A DNA stretch of 62,989 bases, filler included, from Hausera hauseri (GCA_046269625.1; 10 parts of 10 records of this genome joined end to end with filler, not necessarily neighbours in it), one strand, 5' to 3'. Shown: positions 24,679-36,057, counted from the whole stretch's first letter. The notes: generated by a model from the sequence alone, not told the origin. Translations and numbers: made by a program.

Positions 24679-25479
24679 TGCAGCAGCCCCTCGCCTCCGG
24701 TTGCATTCCAGACATGTCAGTCGTACGTTCCCCGTGTGGTGCCCCAGGCTGTTGTCCAGCCGGTCAACGCTGAACTGCTGCATAGCACCCGGTTGATATG
24801 ACCACAACATCTGACCGTTGCAGGCGGCGCAACAGTTTTGCTGGGTCTCGCGGAGCTGCAATATGTAGTCTACCGTCAAGTCGAACCCGGGAAGTCTTTT
24901 GAGCTTGTCTCGACGTTCGTAGACATGCAGTTTGGCCCGAATCATTGCACGCACAGGGACGTACTGCGCTGTCAAGTCTAGTGTTTCTGTTTTGGGTAGA
25001 GCCGGCGGCGGGGGTACTCGTCGAAGCTGGTGGATATATTCCACTCGCGAGACGGCCAGATACACGAGGTTGGACCACGTCAGATAGTCATCGACGATCC
25101 AGACCACCTGTGGGTCAGAAATGGTAAGCCCCTGGCTAGAATGGACCGTAAGGGCATACCCCAAGCGCCAGTCAGGGGCATTCTCTCCCAAAGCAGCCTC
25201 AGCCGCGGCTACCGATACATCAACTACATCGTTCTTTACGAGCAATTCCTTGTTTTCCGTGCCAGTTATTAGGACCTCGATATTCTGTTTCCGGCTGTCC
25301 TTTGGATAATACAGTAAAGGTACTGGGGCGTCCTGGAAGTGCTCCTTATGTCGCTGGAACAAGAGCTCCTGCACCCGATCGCGGACATTGGTGCGAGAGG
25401 CCAATATGAGGTCGCCCGGTTTCCAGACTTCAACGAACCCAGCCCACCGGCGGATGCGGCCTCCAAGGGCCTTACGCAT
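24655..25479 (-). CDS. Replicase segment 3: SF1 helicase C-half plus C-terminal zinc-binding HNH-type nuclease
   Basis: Same frame as 25507-27204 across one TGA; GYALTVHSSQGLT (motif V), YLAVSR (motif VI); CAAC...SVDRLDNSLGHHTGNVRLTCLECN. Confidence 0.88.
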   Translation of the reverse strand: MRKALGGRIRRWAGFVEVWKPGDLILASRTNVRDRVQELLFQRHKEHFQDAPVPLLYYPKDSRKQNIEVLITGTENKELLVKNDVVDVSVAAAEAALGENAPDWRLGYALTVHSSQGLTISDPQVVWIVDDYLTWSNLVYLAVSRVEYIHQLRRVPPPPALPKTETLDLTAQYVPVRAMIRAKLHVYERRDKLKRLPGFDLTVDYILQLRETQQNCCAACNGQMLWSYQPGAMQQFSVDRLDNSLGHHTGNVRLTCLECNRRRGAAALPTATLK

Positions 25480-25506
25480 CTCTAGGTGCTGGAACTTGTC
25501 AGGCTG

Positions 25507-27204
25507 TCATCGGATTCTCTTTTTAAGGGCTTTGAGATTCTCGTCTTTCGCCCTGTAATCGATTTCAACATCCTCGTAGTAGTCCGCAATCTCTCGCAGC
25601 CAGTCGTGTGGCATCCCACCCGCGATCGGTGGTGGCTGACCTGGGTCGCCGCAGCATACAACCTGAACCCCCCGCCCGTCCAACCACCCCAGGAACGTCT
25701 CGAGGATAGGCTGGGGCACAGTGCAGACTTCGTCCCATATAACTACACGAGGGACGAATTTTTCGCCCATGCGCTCGGGCGTCCAGTCAACATCGGCGAT
25801 TTGTGGACCTAAGATATTGCTGCCTGATCTGTGTAGTGACTCCCCCGCTTTTCGGGCAACAAACTCTATCCCCCCAACCCCCTGTGCCGTCCCGGCGGCT
25901 GCAAGCAACACCTCATCGCTGGGAGTCCCGTCTCGCTTCGCCCTCCAGACGGTGATAGCTGCCCCCTTGTATTTTTTCTGTAACACCGCTAAGTCATCCG
26001 CTGTGGCCTTGGCTCTCCTAGTCCCGCACCAACGGAAGAAGCTGTGGTACGTCTGGGCTTTGACACCTCGGGCCCGCATCTCTTTAGCCAGACGATGAGT
26101 ATGGGTGAACACGATGGGGTCTCTCTGACGGAACAGCTCGATCGCTCGCGTCGTTTTGCCGGATCCACCGCCGCCATTCAGATAACAGAGTTTATGCCAA
26201 GACAGCGGGTCGTTGTAGCAAGGCGCCACGCTATCCTGCATAACAGAAAGCACGAAAATCCCATATTGGCTTATATACTCGGGCTTAGGGACGTAAGCGG
26301 CGTGTTCCGTTGGCGTGTACAGCTTCTCGCCCTTGTCACGCCATTGAGCCGGGCAAGATGGTGGAGTCCTTGGCAGCCGAAGCCCACATTCGACGCAAAG
26401 TTCTTCTCCGCAGTTGCAGTCTCTAGGACCCACGTATGCATCGACCCCCTCGAGCTTATGAAGCGCCGCTTTTTGGATATATATGCTGTCTTTTGCAACC
26501 CGGACAGCCTCGGTGGGTAGAAATCTGACTAGCATTGAGACGAGATTGATATGAGCATAGGCCAACATGCTGGCACGCAAATGCGCGTACTGGAGCTGGC
26601 TGCCATCGTAGTAGGTCAGTACCCACCCGAGAGGGCACTTCTCCGGAGCTCCGACCAGAGTACCGCTTTGGAGGGTGTCGCGAACCAGGTAGTCGAGCTC
26701 TCCCCGGTCAGTCACTAGCCTTCGGGTCAGTAGTTTACAACCAGCCTTTCTCCCTTGCGTGAATTTACCGATGATTGAACAGCCGACATCGCGACCTTCC
26801 GGGAACCAGACCTCTGTTTGCTTTTCGAAGGCCAGCAGGGCCTCGCGGATCCTGAGGCGGAGGAGTAAGCCTGTCTCTACGAGGAAGACTAGCAGTGGCG
26901 TCGGGGCCCACCTCTTCCCAGCGAAGTGCCTCCCAAACCAGGCTGGGATGAGAGGGTGGCAGTTTTCCTTGAATTCAAATTCCTGGACCTCAGCGAAGCC
27001 GGTTCCAATGTCTTTGGGGAGAGGACCGTTGATGCTGACCCTGGTGTATCGGTGCCCGGGATGCCCGAATCGCTGAAACCATGGGGCGGCCTCGCCATTG
27101 TCTTGAAAGCTGGCGGGATAGCACTTCTTCATGTCGATGCAGACGACATCCTTCAGGGTGTATTCCATCGTGTTCCAAGCCCGCCGTGGCCGTGCTCCAC
27201 GCAA
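25507..27204 (-). CDS. Replicase segment 2: divergent family B DNA polymerase core fused to SF1 (Pif1/RecD-like) helicase N-half
   Basis: IDMKKCYPAS (motif A), SIIGKF (motif B-like), VAKDSIY (motif C-like); GGGGSGKT, FTHTH, TYHSFF, IWDE, GDPGQPPP, YRAKD. Confidence 0.85.
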   Translation of the reverse strand: MRGARPRRAWNTMEYTLKDVVCIDMKKCYPASFQDNGEAAPWFQRFGHPGHRYTRVSINGPLPKDIGTGFAEVQEFEFKENCHPLIPAWFGRHFAGKRWAPTPLLVFLVETGLLLRLRIREALLAFEKQTEVWFPEGRDVGCSIIGKFTQGRKAGCKLLTRRLVTDRGELDYLVRDTLQSGTLVGAPEKCPLGWVLTYYDGSQLQYAHLRASMLAYAHINLVSMLVRFLPTEAVRVAKDSIYIQKAALHKLEGVDAYVGPRDCNCGEELCVECGLRLPRTPPSCPAQWRDKGEKLYTPTEHAAYVPKPEYISQYGIFVLSVMQDSVAPCYNDPLSWHKLCYLNGGGGSGKTTRAIELFRQRDPIVFTHTHRLAKEMRARGVKAQTYHSFFRWCGTRRAKATADDLAVLQKKYKGAAITVWRAKRDGTPSDEVLLAAAGTAQGVGGIEFVARKAGESLHRSGSNILGPQIADVDWTPERMGEKFVPRVVIWDEVCTVPQPILETFLGWLDGRGVQVVCCGDPGQPPPIAGGMPHDWLREIADYYEDVEIDYRAKDENLKALKKRIR

Positions 27205-28067
27205 GCCTTTTGGATGTCATCGAGAATGCTGACTGGGGTCGGCTTCCAGCCATTCTTCTTCATAGCGACGATGGTGGCGGCGTGGTTTTCACCGAAACAC
27301 CGTTGGGCGAGGGATTCGGAATCACCCAGGTCAATGTCTTCCAACGGAGCCTCAATGGCCAGGCGACGGCAGGCCTCCTGGACACCTTCGTGGACTGCAC
27401 GCGTCCTGTATGTTCGACCGTCCTGAAGGACAAATTGGTCGACAGTGAACTTCTTTCCTATGGAGGAACCTCCCAGAAGCCAGACGGCCGTTGGTGAATC
27501 CCTGGTGGCTTCTCGAATGGCGTCCCATACGTCACCCTCATATATGTTCACCTCTCTGCATAGGGGGAAACAGAGGTCCTTTCCGAAAGCGTGGCCGTTG
27601 TGGACGATGAGCTCTATTGGAGGACCTCGCGACAGGTATTTTCCACTGTTGTAAATCGCCTCGCCCGCGATGTCCCGCAGGACGATAGATCGTTTGAGAA
27701 TCCTCTCCAGTGCAGCCACATCGTTAATCGTAGCACCGAGTTCGTGGACCCGTTCTTCCCACTCTTGTATTTTTTCGCGTCGTGCAGGTGTTAACCCCTG
27801 GCCTCGGAGCGCGCCTTCGAAATGTTCCACCACTCTCTGTGCAACACAGTTAAAGTCGCCGTCGCGCAACCGCGCTAGGTTGGCAGGATCTGGCTCTCGG
27901 ATTGTGTAGAGACCATACACGACCACGGCAACGGGGTAAGCATCCTGGTAATACACCTTGTCAATCCCTGTCAACGCACCAGGCCTCATTTCCCGAGAGA
28001 ACTCCACAATCCTTCCCCCCCCCCCCTTTTTCTTCACTCTCTTTGATCGGGTCCATTTTGTCCGCAA
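27153..28067 (-). CDS. Replicase polyprotein segment 1: OTU-like Cys/His domain and linker (N-terminus cut by contig end)
   Basis: DGDFNC ... HNGH; ends HGHGGL and joins WNTMEY of the next ORF by a 1-nt frameshift near 27175. Confidence 0.65.
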   Translation of the reverse strand: MRTKWTRSKRVKKKGGGGRIVEFSREMRPGALTGIDKVYYQDAYPVAVVVYGLYTIREPDPANLARLRDGDFNCVAQRVVEHFEGALRGQGLTPARREKIQEWEERVHELGATINDVAALERILKRSIVLRDIAGEAIYNSGKYLSRGPPIELIVHNGHAFGKDLCFPLCREVNIYEGDVWDAIREATRDSPTAVWLLGGSSIGKKFTVDQFVLQDGRTYRTRAVHEGVQEACRRLAIEAPLEDIDLGDSESLAQRCFGENHAATIVAMKKNGWKPTPVSILDDIQKACVEHGHGGLGTRWNTP

Positions 28068-28766
28068 TGACCCACCTGCNNNNNNNNNNNNNNNNNNNNN
28101 NNNNNNNNNNNNNNNNNNNNNNNTTAATTAATTAANNNNNNNNNNNNNNNNNNNNNNNNNNNNNNNNNNNNNNNNNNNNCATTTTTAGATACTGGACATT
28201 ATTAGCTAGATATAATCCAACTGGAACCAGAATGAGCAATGAAAGAAGAGAGAGTGGGTAGAGGGAAAGAAAAACCTGAGTTTGTCTGTCAAGGTGTTGT
28301 GTGATTTACACCCACTTTGGGGTGTAGACGAGCACCACAGTGAGGAGTATAGACTGTACTTTTCACAAGCGCATTTAAACAACCACCTGCCATAACCCCA
28401 CTTTCATCTTTAGGATTTTGGCTTTGCTGTCATCAGCTGCCCAATTTTCTTTCCAACCAAGTGGCATAAAGGTGTGCATTTTCTGTCCAAATCAATCCAG
28501 GTCAAACAGATAGACATTGTTGATGTAACCAGCTTCTTTCTGGGACAGCAGCTCATTATGAAAATGAAGCTTTGCCTCTGGTATTGTTTTGGTGCTGAAT
28601 ACTTCTGTTTACTGAGTTCTCATCTGAAATTAGAAAGTGGCCAATTTGTTTTCTTTACCTAGCAAGTACTAGGACGTTTTTTTGTTAGGTCATGAATTTA
28701 TTTCTAACAGCATGAGAAAGTACTTATGGAGAAACTTTTTATTCTTTTGTCCTTATATGTCCGTGT

Positions 28767-30100
28767 TTAACCTCTCCACGCAGCATGGTTTATTATTGAT
28801 GGGTATGTGTTTATCCTAGCTATGCACTTGATTATGTCATCAATATTTTTATTTTGTGCGTATTTTGCCATATTGCCCATATTAGAGCCGTTTCTCAGAT
28901 TGGGCGGGGACTTCCTTGGTTGTTGTTTGCGCGGGGCGAATATCTCCTTGCCTCTGAGTAGCGTTTGTTTGTCAGCCAGCCAAGGTAATGATGCCTTCAG
29001 TCGGGTAAATACTTTGATAAAAGCAATAACAATCATATCGTTAGCTTTCCTACTGGGGGCCACATAGATATTCAGCGACGTTTTGTTATGGGTTATTTCT
29101 GATGTGTACAAACCGATGTCAACAATGCGGCTCTTTGTTAATCCGTCGGGCATGTGTGCCTTTCTGCCGTATACCTCAACATATCGCGGCACCTTACTGG
29201 AATCAGTAGAATTAATACCGATGCGTACACTAGCGATTACTGAGTCCGGCCACTGGTTGCTAATGACCATAGCTACTAGGTTTTTGCAAAAAACTGTGAT
29301 ACTCTGTTCCTGATTGGCCGTGCGACTATTAAGTATATCCTGCGAGTACAATTCCAACAGCCGATCTCCACTAAATGAAACGTCGTTCGTCTGTTCACAG
29401 TGCTCGAAAAAATCAACGGGAATATGGCCACATAATGGATCATCAAGAAAAACGCTATGCTGAATCTTGTGCTGCCTTTGTTGACCCTCAGTGCTTGCCG
29501 TTGGACCATAGGAAATTTGATTAGACACAGGTGCGCAACCCAAACAATGATATAAATATTAATTTCTAAATGGGCGTGTAGCCATTACAATCCATCAGAG
29601 GTAGCGGTGGGTCGAGAAGTGAGAATCCAGGTACGTCTATCGTAGAAAAGCGCTATAGGCATTGTAGCAGTGTGACTACCTCTATTATTGACTGTGCGCC
29701 ATAGAAAAGTGGTAGCACCCATAATGTTGGTAAGACTGGCTACCGATATGTCAGGCATGTCGAGTAATGCTGGTTCGGAACCATTGTGCTTCTCAATTAT
29801 CTGAAAGGCAAATCTGTTTGGTTCAACAGCTAAGTAGAATGGTGTGTTGTAGTGTGCGCAAACAGCCGTCGGTAAACCTGGTTGAGGGGGAACAGATGTC
29901 CATCCGGCTAGAGTCAGCGGAAGCTCGCTGCAAGTTATATTGAAAAAGAAGTTGGTATCGGTGTACAGATCATTAGCACCCATTTCCCAAACGGAACAGA
30001 ACGTATATCCGTTATTGTTATTGTAAGAATTTTTAAAATTTGAAATGGATAAAACTACTGACATTACCTTGTTGGAAAATTTAATATCCGATTGCGACAA
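28767..30100 (-). pseudogene. UBR4: UBR4/p600 E3 ligase internal fragment (two ORFs separated by a ~40-nt intron-like gap)
   Basis: LAGWTSVPPQPG...PFYLAVEPNRFAFQ; PVDFFEHCEQTNDVSFSGDRLLELYS; VRIGI....KVPRYVEVYGR all resemble UBR4 blocks; only a small part of a very large gene. Confidence 0.75.
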
Positions 30101-30586
30101 AATAAGTGGATAGACGTTGTTTTTGTTGTTCTACATAAAACAAATCAAAGATACATAATATATCCTCGAGTAGATTCGTCACAGACAGAATTATTCCTGA
30201 TGAATAGTTCAAAATTTCAGTCATTTTGGAAACCAACGTGCAATAATAGGATTGAACTCATAAAATCCGAGGAACAGCTAAAAATTGATTCAACACACAA
30301 CTTCCAAATCCACTCATATATGAATACTTTGAATATAAGATGTTTGCCGATAGTAGTTGTAAAAATAAATCCATCAATAAAAACTATAGCGTGAAGCAAA
30401 TTCAAAATTCAATTCCTTTTTTTATTTTTTTATTTTCAAATTTAAACAAAATTTCACGGTGCACTACAGAATTCAAATAAAGCGATTAGTGTGTGTGCCG
30501 TTATTGTATGTTCATTGCCCCGGCAAATTTAACAGTGCGCCCTTCTCAATTGACAACTGATTTGCCAAATGAAGATATTCCTTCTG

Positions 30587-31582
30587 CTATGATTCAACTG
30601 CCATTTTTTCATCGAATTTACCCAGAGCAGTAGAATTTGGCGTCGCGACAAACGTTGGTTCTGCCTTTATAACGATTGCTGTAGATACCGGTGCAACTAC
30701 CAATTTGTTTAATTTGAATGCTTTGCTGTAGGTCTCGTCGAATATCTTCTGAAAATCGCGTGCCAGTTGCAAAACGTTGCTATCCATGTCGTTATAAGCG
30801 TAACAATTGCTGATGACATCGAGATAATCTTTGAGTCCAGGAAATTTCTGTGACTGGCTCAGGAGCATTTAATTAAGATGTCGATAACGCACCGACTTTA
30901 TATCTTTCAAAATTGCCTGACAAAGACGCAAATCCTCCGACATACGAGGCCGCTTAGTTATGCAATCATCTCCTTCGTTTTTCAATCTCTGTTTAACCGA
31001 TGACGTACTCGGCGTTGGTGACATATTGTAACAACCATGCACTCGTTTCTTTGATCCGCTCGCTGCCTTACTTGATGAAACGCTATTAGGTGGCGATACA
31101 ATTGATGACCGATCGCTTATTCGAGTATCGCTACCGCGCATTCATTTCCGACCGCAGTTTTCTCGTTTGCCACGAGAACATACGATTTCATATTCATCGG
31201 CTGGCATCATTTTTAACTTGTCGATGACGATTTTCTCCTATTTCTGGGCCATTATGATAATTTCAGTGCCGGGCTGATTGTACATATAGCAATTTGTGAA
31301 TATCTGATATATAACCGATACGCATTCGCGGGAATTGTAATAATATTTCTGAGTCAATCGGTGTTTGATTTGTGTCAAATCGATAGGAGATTTGGTAATA
31401 TCTGGATAATCTGGCAACGTTAACTGGACAAAATCAACCAGTTTCAGGAATGGAAATAATTGCGGATGTTTCATTAAAAATGGAACGATCTTCTTTTTGA
31501 TAATGTCTAATTCGTTTGTCATTATATTTAATGGCCGCAGCCTTTCAACTGGTCCGCTATCGATGATTGATTTCTTCTCCAT
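30587..31582 (-). pseudogene. BET-family (BRD2/3/4-like) double-bromodomain pseudogene
   Basis: BD1 TNEL...HPQLFPF...VD...LPDY..ITKSPIDL..IK.RL..KYY....C......FTNCYMYN.PG; BD2 split with internal deletion (LRLCQAIL / ISNCYAYN); in-frame stops. Confidence 0.85.
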
Positions 31583-32447
31583 TTAGAGAACGGCAAAATT
31601 TGGTCGGATTTTGACTAATCCAATATAAAATCTTAAAAGTACAAGTATCAAAATATAATGGAGAGTGAAAGTGATTTGAAAAATTCTATTAAAATCTTTT
31701 TATTTTCCACAACATAATTTTCACTGACTTTGATTTCAGAGTCCAACGCCGGACAGCACGAGCACACAAACCACGTACACAATTGTAGGATTATTTCGAC
31801 ATAATTGAAAATTCTAAAACAGCCTATTACTTCTGCAGTTGGATTTTGATAAAAGTTACTGCCTTTTAAGGTGTTTGCATGTCTGGCTAAAACTCAAACA
31901 TTTTGCTACAATTCACGCTGCCAAATTTTACATTTCTCTTTATGTTTGAAGGAACTAAGCTTTCCAATACCGGAATTGCTAAACCCGATAATAGCTTTAA
32001 AATAAATTTCGATCTCAATAAACTGTACAGAACACTATTTGAATCGTAAACCGAGCAGTAAATGAGAAAATGATTATGCAAGGGATGCATGTAATAACTA
32101 ATTTGACTGGCAATATTTGAAGGTGATTCGTCAGATATTTCTTTCTTCAGCTCTTCCACAACATTTTCAGCCATGTAACTTTCTTCGACTTCCGATTTGA
32201 ATGCATTAAATCTGTTATCTAAATAAGAAACACTGTCTGAATGATTTGAAACGTGACTTCCTTTCATTTGATGATAATTGACTAGCGGGGTAGCAGTGAC
32301 AGTAATATGAGTAGTACTAACATCTGTACAAAATTTTATTAAAAATATACATTCAGCATTACAATGAGTGAGATAGAGATAGCAAGAAATTGAGAGAGAG
32401 ACATTGGAAGATGTTAGATAACCTTCTCGTAAAGTCCAACGGATAAG

Positions 32448-32559
32448 ATTCTTTAGGCGGAGAGTCGGACCCAACTATTGATCCGACTTGGTGATAACGG
32501 ACGTCCGGCCGTGCCCAACTAAAATGGGCCAAAGGGAACCGGCAGCAGTAGGCACCACA
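32448..32559 (-). repeat. Short GC-rich structured repeat, copy 2
   Basis: Shares GTGCCCAAC.AAATGGGCCAAAGGG.ACCGG and the GGCACCACA end with 7742-7872. Confidence 0.65.
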
Positions 32560-32779
32560 CCGGGATGGAGAGATGATTTCAGGTTTTATTTCGAACTCTG
32601 CGAGACAATTTTTACCAGAAGGAAGGAAAATGGACTTAATTAAAATGGCAAAAGCTGCTGTCCCTTCATAGTTCCAGGTGGAATTCATGAGCAATTTTTG
32701 CACTGATTGCTTTTTTCTTCTTCCGAAATGGAGAAATCAGCTCAAAACTAGTTGTATAGTCGTCGCAACAACATGGGTA

Positions 32780-33245
32780 AATTCGTAGTTTTCAAATCAG
32801 CATTATGTAAAGAACATATAATATGCTGCATGCTGCACTCTCCTAATTGAAGTGGCCTAAGGCGTTAAAATGTTTTTCCAACAACTATATAAAGGATCAG
32901 TCAGTACTTGATGTACTTCCCTCAAATATTGCAGCTGAGCGAGTTGTTAAGCTGATGGAAGAACTTCACATCACTTGAAAAACTGACAAATATCTAAACA
33001 ACAAGTGCAATAACAGTAATTCACATGTTTAAAACCCTTTTTGTCATTTACCGTATGCTATATTCATTTGAAAATAAAGGTTTTGTAAACTGTAATATTT
33101 TTTATTTTGATGCTTCAGCCTACTGCAACATCTCGTTATATGCTGAATTTCTTTAACAGTTTAACAAAATGATTGTTTATGAAAGTGCTAACGTAATCTT
33201 TTGCCATCACAAGCTTCGAAATCTGAAAAAAGATATTATAACCCT
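32780..33245 (+). mobile_element. DNA transposon remnant (hAT-like transposase C-terminus, candidate ...CCCTA end)
   Basis: PSNIAAERVVKLMEEL resembles the hAT-type catalytic Glu region; ACCCTA at about 33241-33246. Confidence 0.35.
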
Positions 33246-33283
33246 AATGTACATTCTCCGTCTCAATCGATTGTACATTTGCT

Positions 33284-35252
33284 ATGGAAATAACCCAACC
33301 AAAACTTATTTACACTTCTAACGAAAACTACAACCCATCTATACACACTTTTAGTCTTCTTTCACCAATAGTCGAAAGCGTTACAACACCTGAAGGATTA
33401 ACTCTATCAGATTTGGAACCATACTTCGTCTTTGTAGCCTATGACTGTTATCATCCGACCCAACCCTAAACCATCAACCAAACTATTGTCGATATCACCA
33501 TATTAGATACTAAAAGCAAAGTCCTATTGCACCAACAGATGTACTCTAGACACAAAGTTATTGATTGGAAAACACCATTTAGAGGCATTGCAGACGATCG
33601 TACCATAAATAAACTTGATAATGAAGACTTTTTACTCATCACACAGGATAATTTGAAACAAACTTATTATAATGACACAAGTAGATTTATTCATGTGTTC
33701 TTTAAAAATACCTATCATCCATACCAATGGTTTCTTCAACCTTAATCATCACTCAATTGCTGCAATTTTTTCAGCAGACCCAGTACTCATAACTCGTCTA
33801 AACGAACAACTGTTACACACTGCCACCATCCCTATGTATACATCATCCTTGGTACAAGCTCATTTATTTAGACAATTATACAATTACTTGACGGATTTTT
33901 ACTATATTGAAAACACTGATAATAATTTAGCTTTTAATATCATTGAATTAAACCTTAATTAACCTTCATTATTTTTAGATTATTCTGAATGTATGGAGAG
34001 CCGAGTAATTCTTGAAGTGATACATTGACTAACCTCATGTCTACACATACTATGCTTATTCTATGTAAATCGAGCCAAATCGCAGTCAAACCTCGTACCA
34101 CATTACCCTATATGTAAGTTGGGAATTAAATACTTTATTAAACATAATGCCTATCCATCCGACGTTAATCAATCCTTACTCGATATTACAACATTCGATA
34201 TTACAACACTCGAAACTCTAAAAACTCTTGAACCTAATTATAATTCAGCATCTTACTATACATGGAATTCCAAAACCCCTTTCTCACTTCTTCATTTTGA
34301 GTTCCATACATGCTGTATATGTCTCAAACCCAATAAAACAGCTTATTAATTTAGCTGTTGCAATGCAGAATACTGTCCACATTGTTACCAAATGGAACCC
34401 TACTATCGACACTTAATCTGTAACTTATGCTATTACTGTCCCGTATATATTTATATTCATCTCTATCACCCTAGAAGAGCATTACTCACCGTTTTAATAC
34501 CCCAATTCCACAACTATTACCAGCACGATACTTTCTACCGTTACAACAATCTTCTGTTCGAATAGAATTCCCTACATACCGTTTTCACACTACGACAATA
34601 GTAAGACCACCTCCTATCGCATTCAGAACACCTCAACCACACATAAACATAACATCGTTGTTACGACAACCATCCTCTATATCCAATTCTCGTTGTCAAG
34701 TCGAACGCATTGATAACCCTCTACCAGATGTAGCACTAGCTGTTATTTCATTAATTTCACATAGTTCCCCAATACAAACTTCATTACAGCAAGAATGATT
34801 TCCTATTCTGAGCAAATGTTCAATTGATCTTATAGCTGATTTAACTCCTCCTGATTTCCTAGCTACGATACAATCATTGGATTTTCCTAGTCTTCCCACT
34901 CATGAGTGTACCATTTGTCTTTCAGCACATATTACAGCCGTCCAGCTCTAATGTAATCATGCTCTCTGTGCGACTTGTTTCAATAAGCTACGATTACACT
35001 TCATTCAAAAACTTAACCAAGAAGGTGCAATCAACGTGACCTTTCAGAATGGTATATCCTGTCCATATTGCCGACAACTCTGAGTTTACTACCACTTCTC
35101 ATATACATACGATGATCGATATCAACGTCTATCATTGCATTAACCCAATAAACGACGGCACACTGTCAATCAAACCCAGATTTCACAATTATATAGATGT
35201 CAATACTCAGACTGATCCAGAGGACCGAATCTTTTTTCAAATGGGGGAGAAA
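33284..35252 (+). pseudogene. Decayed ORF with DEDDh exonuclease-like N-terminus, Cys-rich middle and C3HC4 RING, ending at a polypurine tract followed by TG
   Basis: FVAYDC...IVDITILDTKSKVLLH.......VIDWKTPFRGI; CCICLK..SCC...CPHC; HECTICL...CNHALCATC...SCPYCR at about 34900-35080; GGGGGAGAAA|TGTT at 35243-35256. Confidence 0.5.
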
Positions 35253-36057
35253 TGTTCAAGTATATTAATAGACATTTAGGGTTTGTTAATAGACATCAGT
35301 CACATCCAAAAAACTTCGAAATTCGAAGAAATCAAAATATAAAAAATTTCAAATTCAAATTTCAAAAACGAATAGACTATTCAGAACGGTCCGAAGAAGA
35401 AATGTTGACATTGATTATGGTAATCCCAACTATTGACATTTTGCGATTTAAATTTTATCAGTGCAAACAATTTAACTATGATTATGTGAATATTCTGTAT
35501 TAAATAATAAATCCTTGTACATATGTAAACGTATTCTTGTTTTATGTTACACCCCTTGACGGGTGTCTCCTCCATTCCTATATGATGTATATTAAATGAT
35601 ATCCAAAAGCGGCAAAATAATTAACTAACAAAATAACAAGTGATGCAAACCAGAATTAAATATTGTTTACTCTTTCTCAAAATGTTAATATAAATTATAT
35701 AACTAAATGAATTATTAGAATGTACAGATGAATAATTTGTCTTTGATGCAAGGGAGGCTATAAAATTGTAATGGGTTTTCCATTTAAAATCCAGAGAACG
35801 GTGTGATGAATTTTGGGGCTGTTTGCGAAGTGCGGCGTTTTGAACAGGATTTTTATGCTGGCAGGATTTAGTGATGTGAACAGTCGGTCGGATTGTTTGT
35901 TTTACAAACCAAATTTATTTTTAAATTTGAAAATCGAATAGTTTATTTTTAAAAATTNNNNNNNNNNNNNNNNNNNNNNNNNNNNNNNNNNNNNNNNNNN
36001 NTTAATTAATTAANNNNNNNNNNNNNNNNNNNNNNNNNNNNNNNNNNNNNNNNNNNN

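Noticed and set aside
24655-27204. Helitron RepHel protein
   Set aside because: An SF1 helicase is present, but the upstream domain has PolB-like motifs rather than HUH/Y2 Rep motifs
23586-27909. Numerous overlapping ORFs opposite or out of frame to the integrase and replicase
   Set aside because: Shadow frames of GC-rich coding DNA with no motifs
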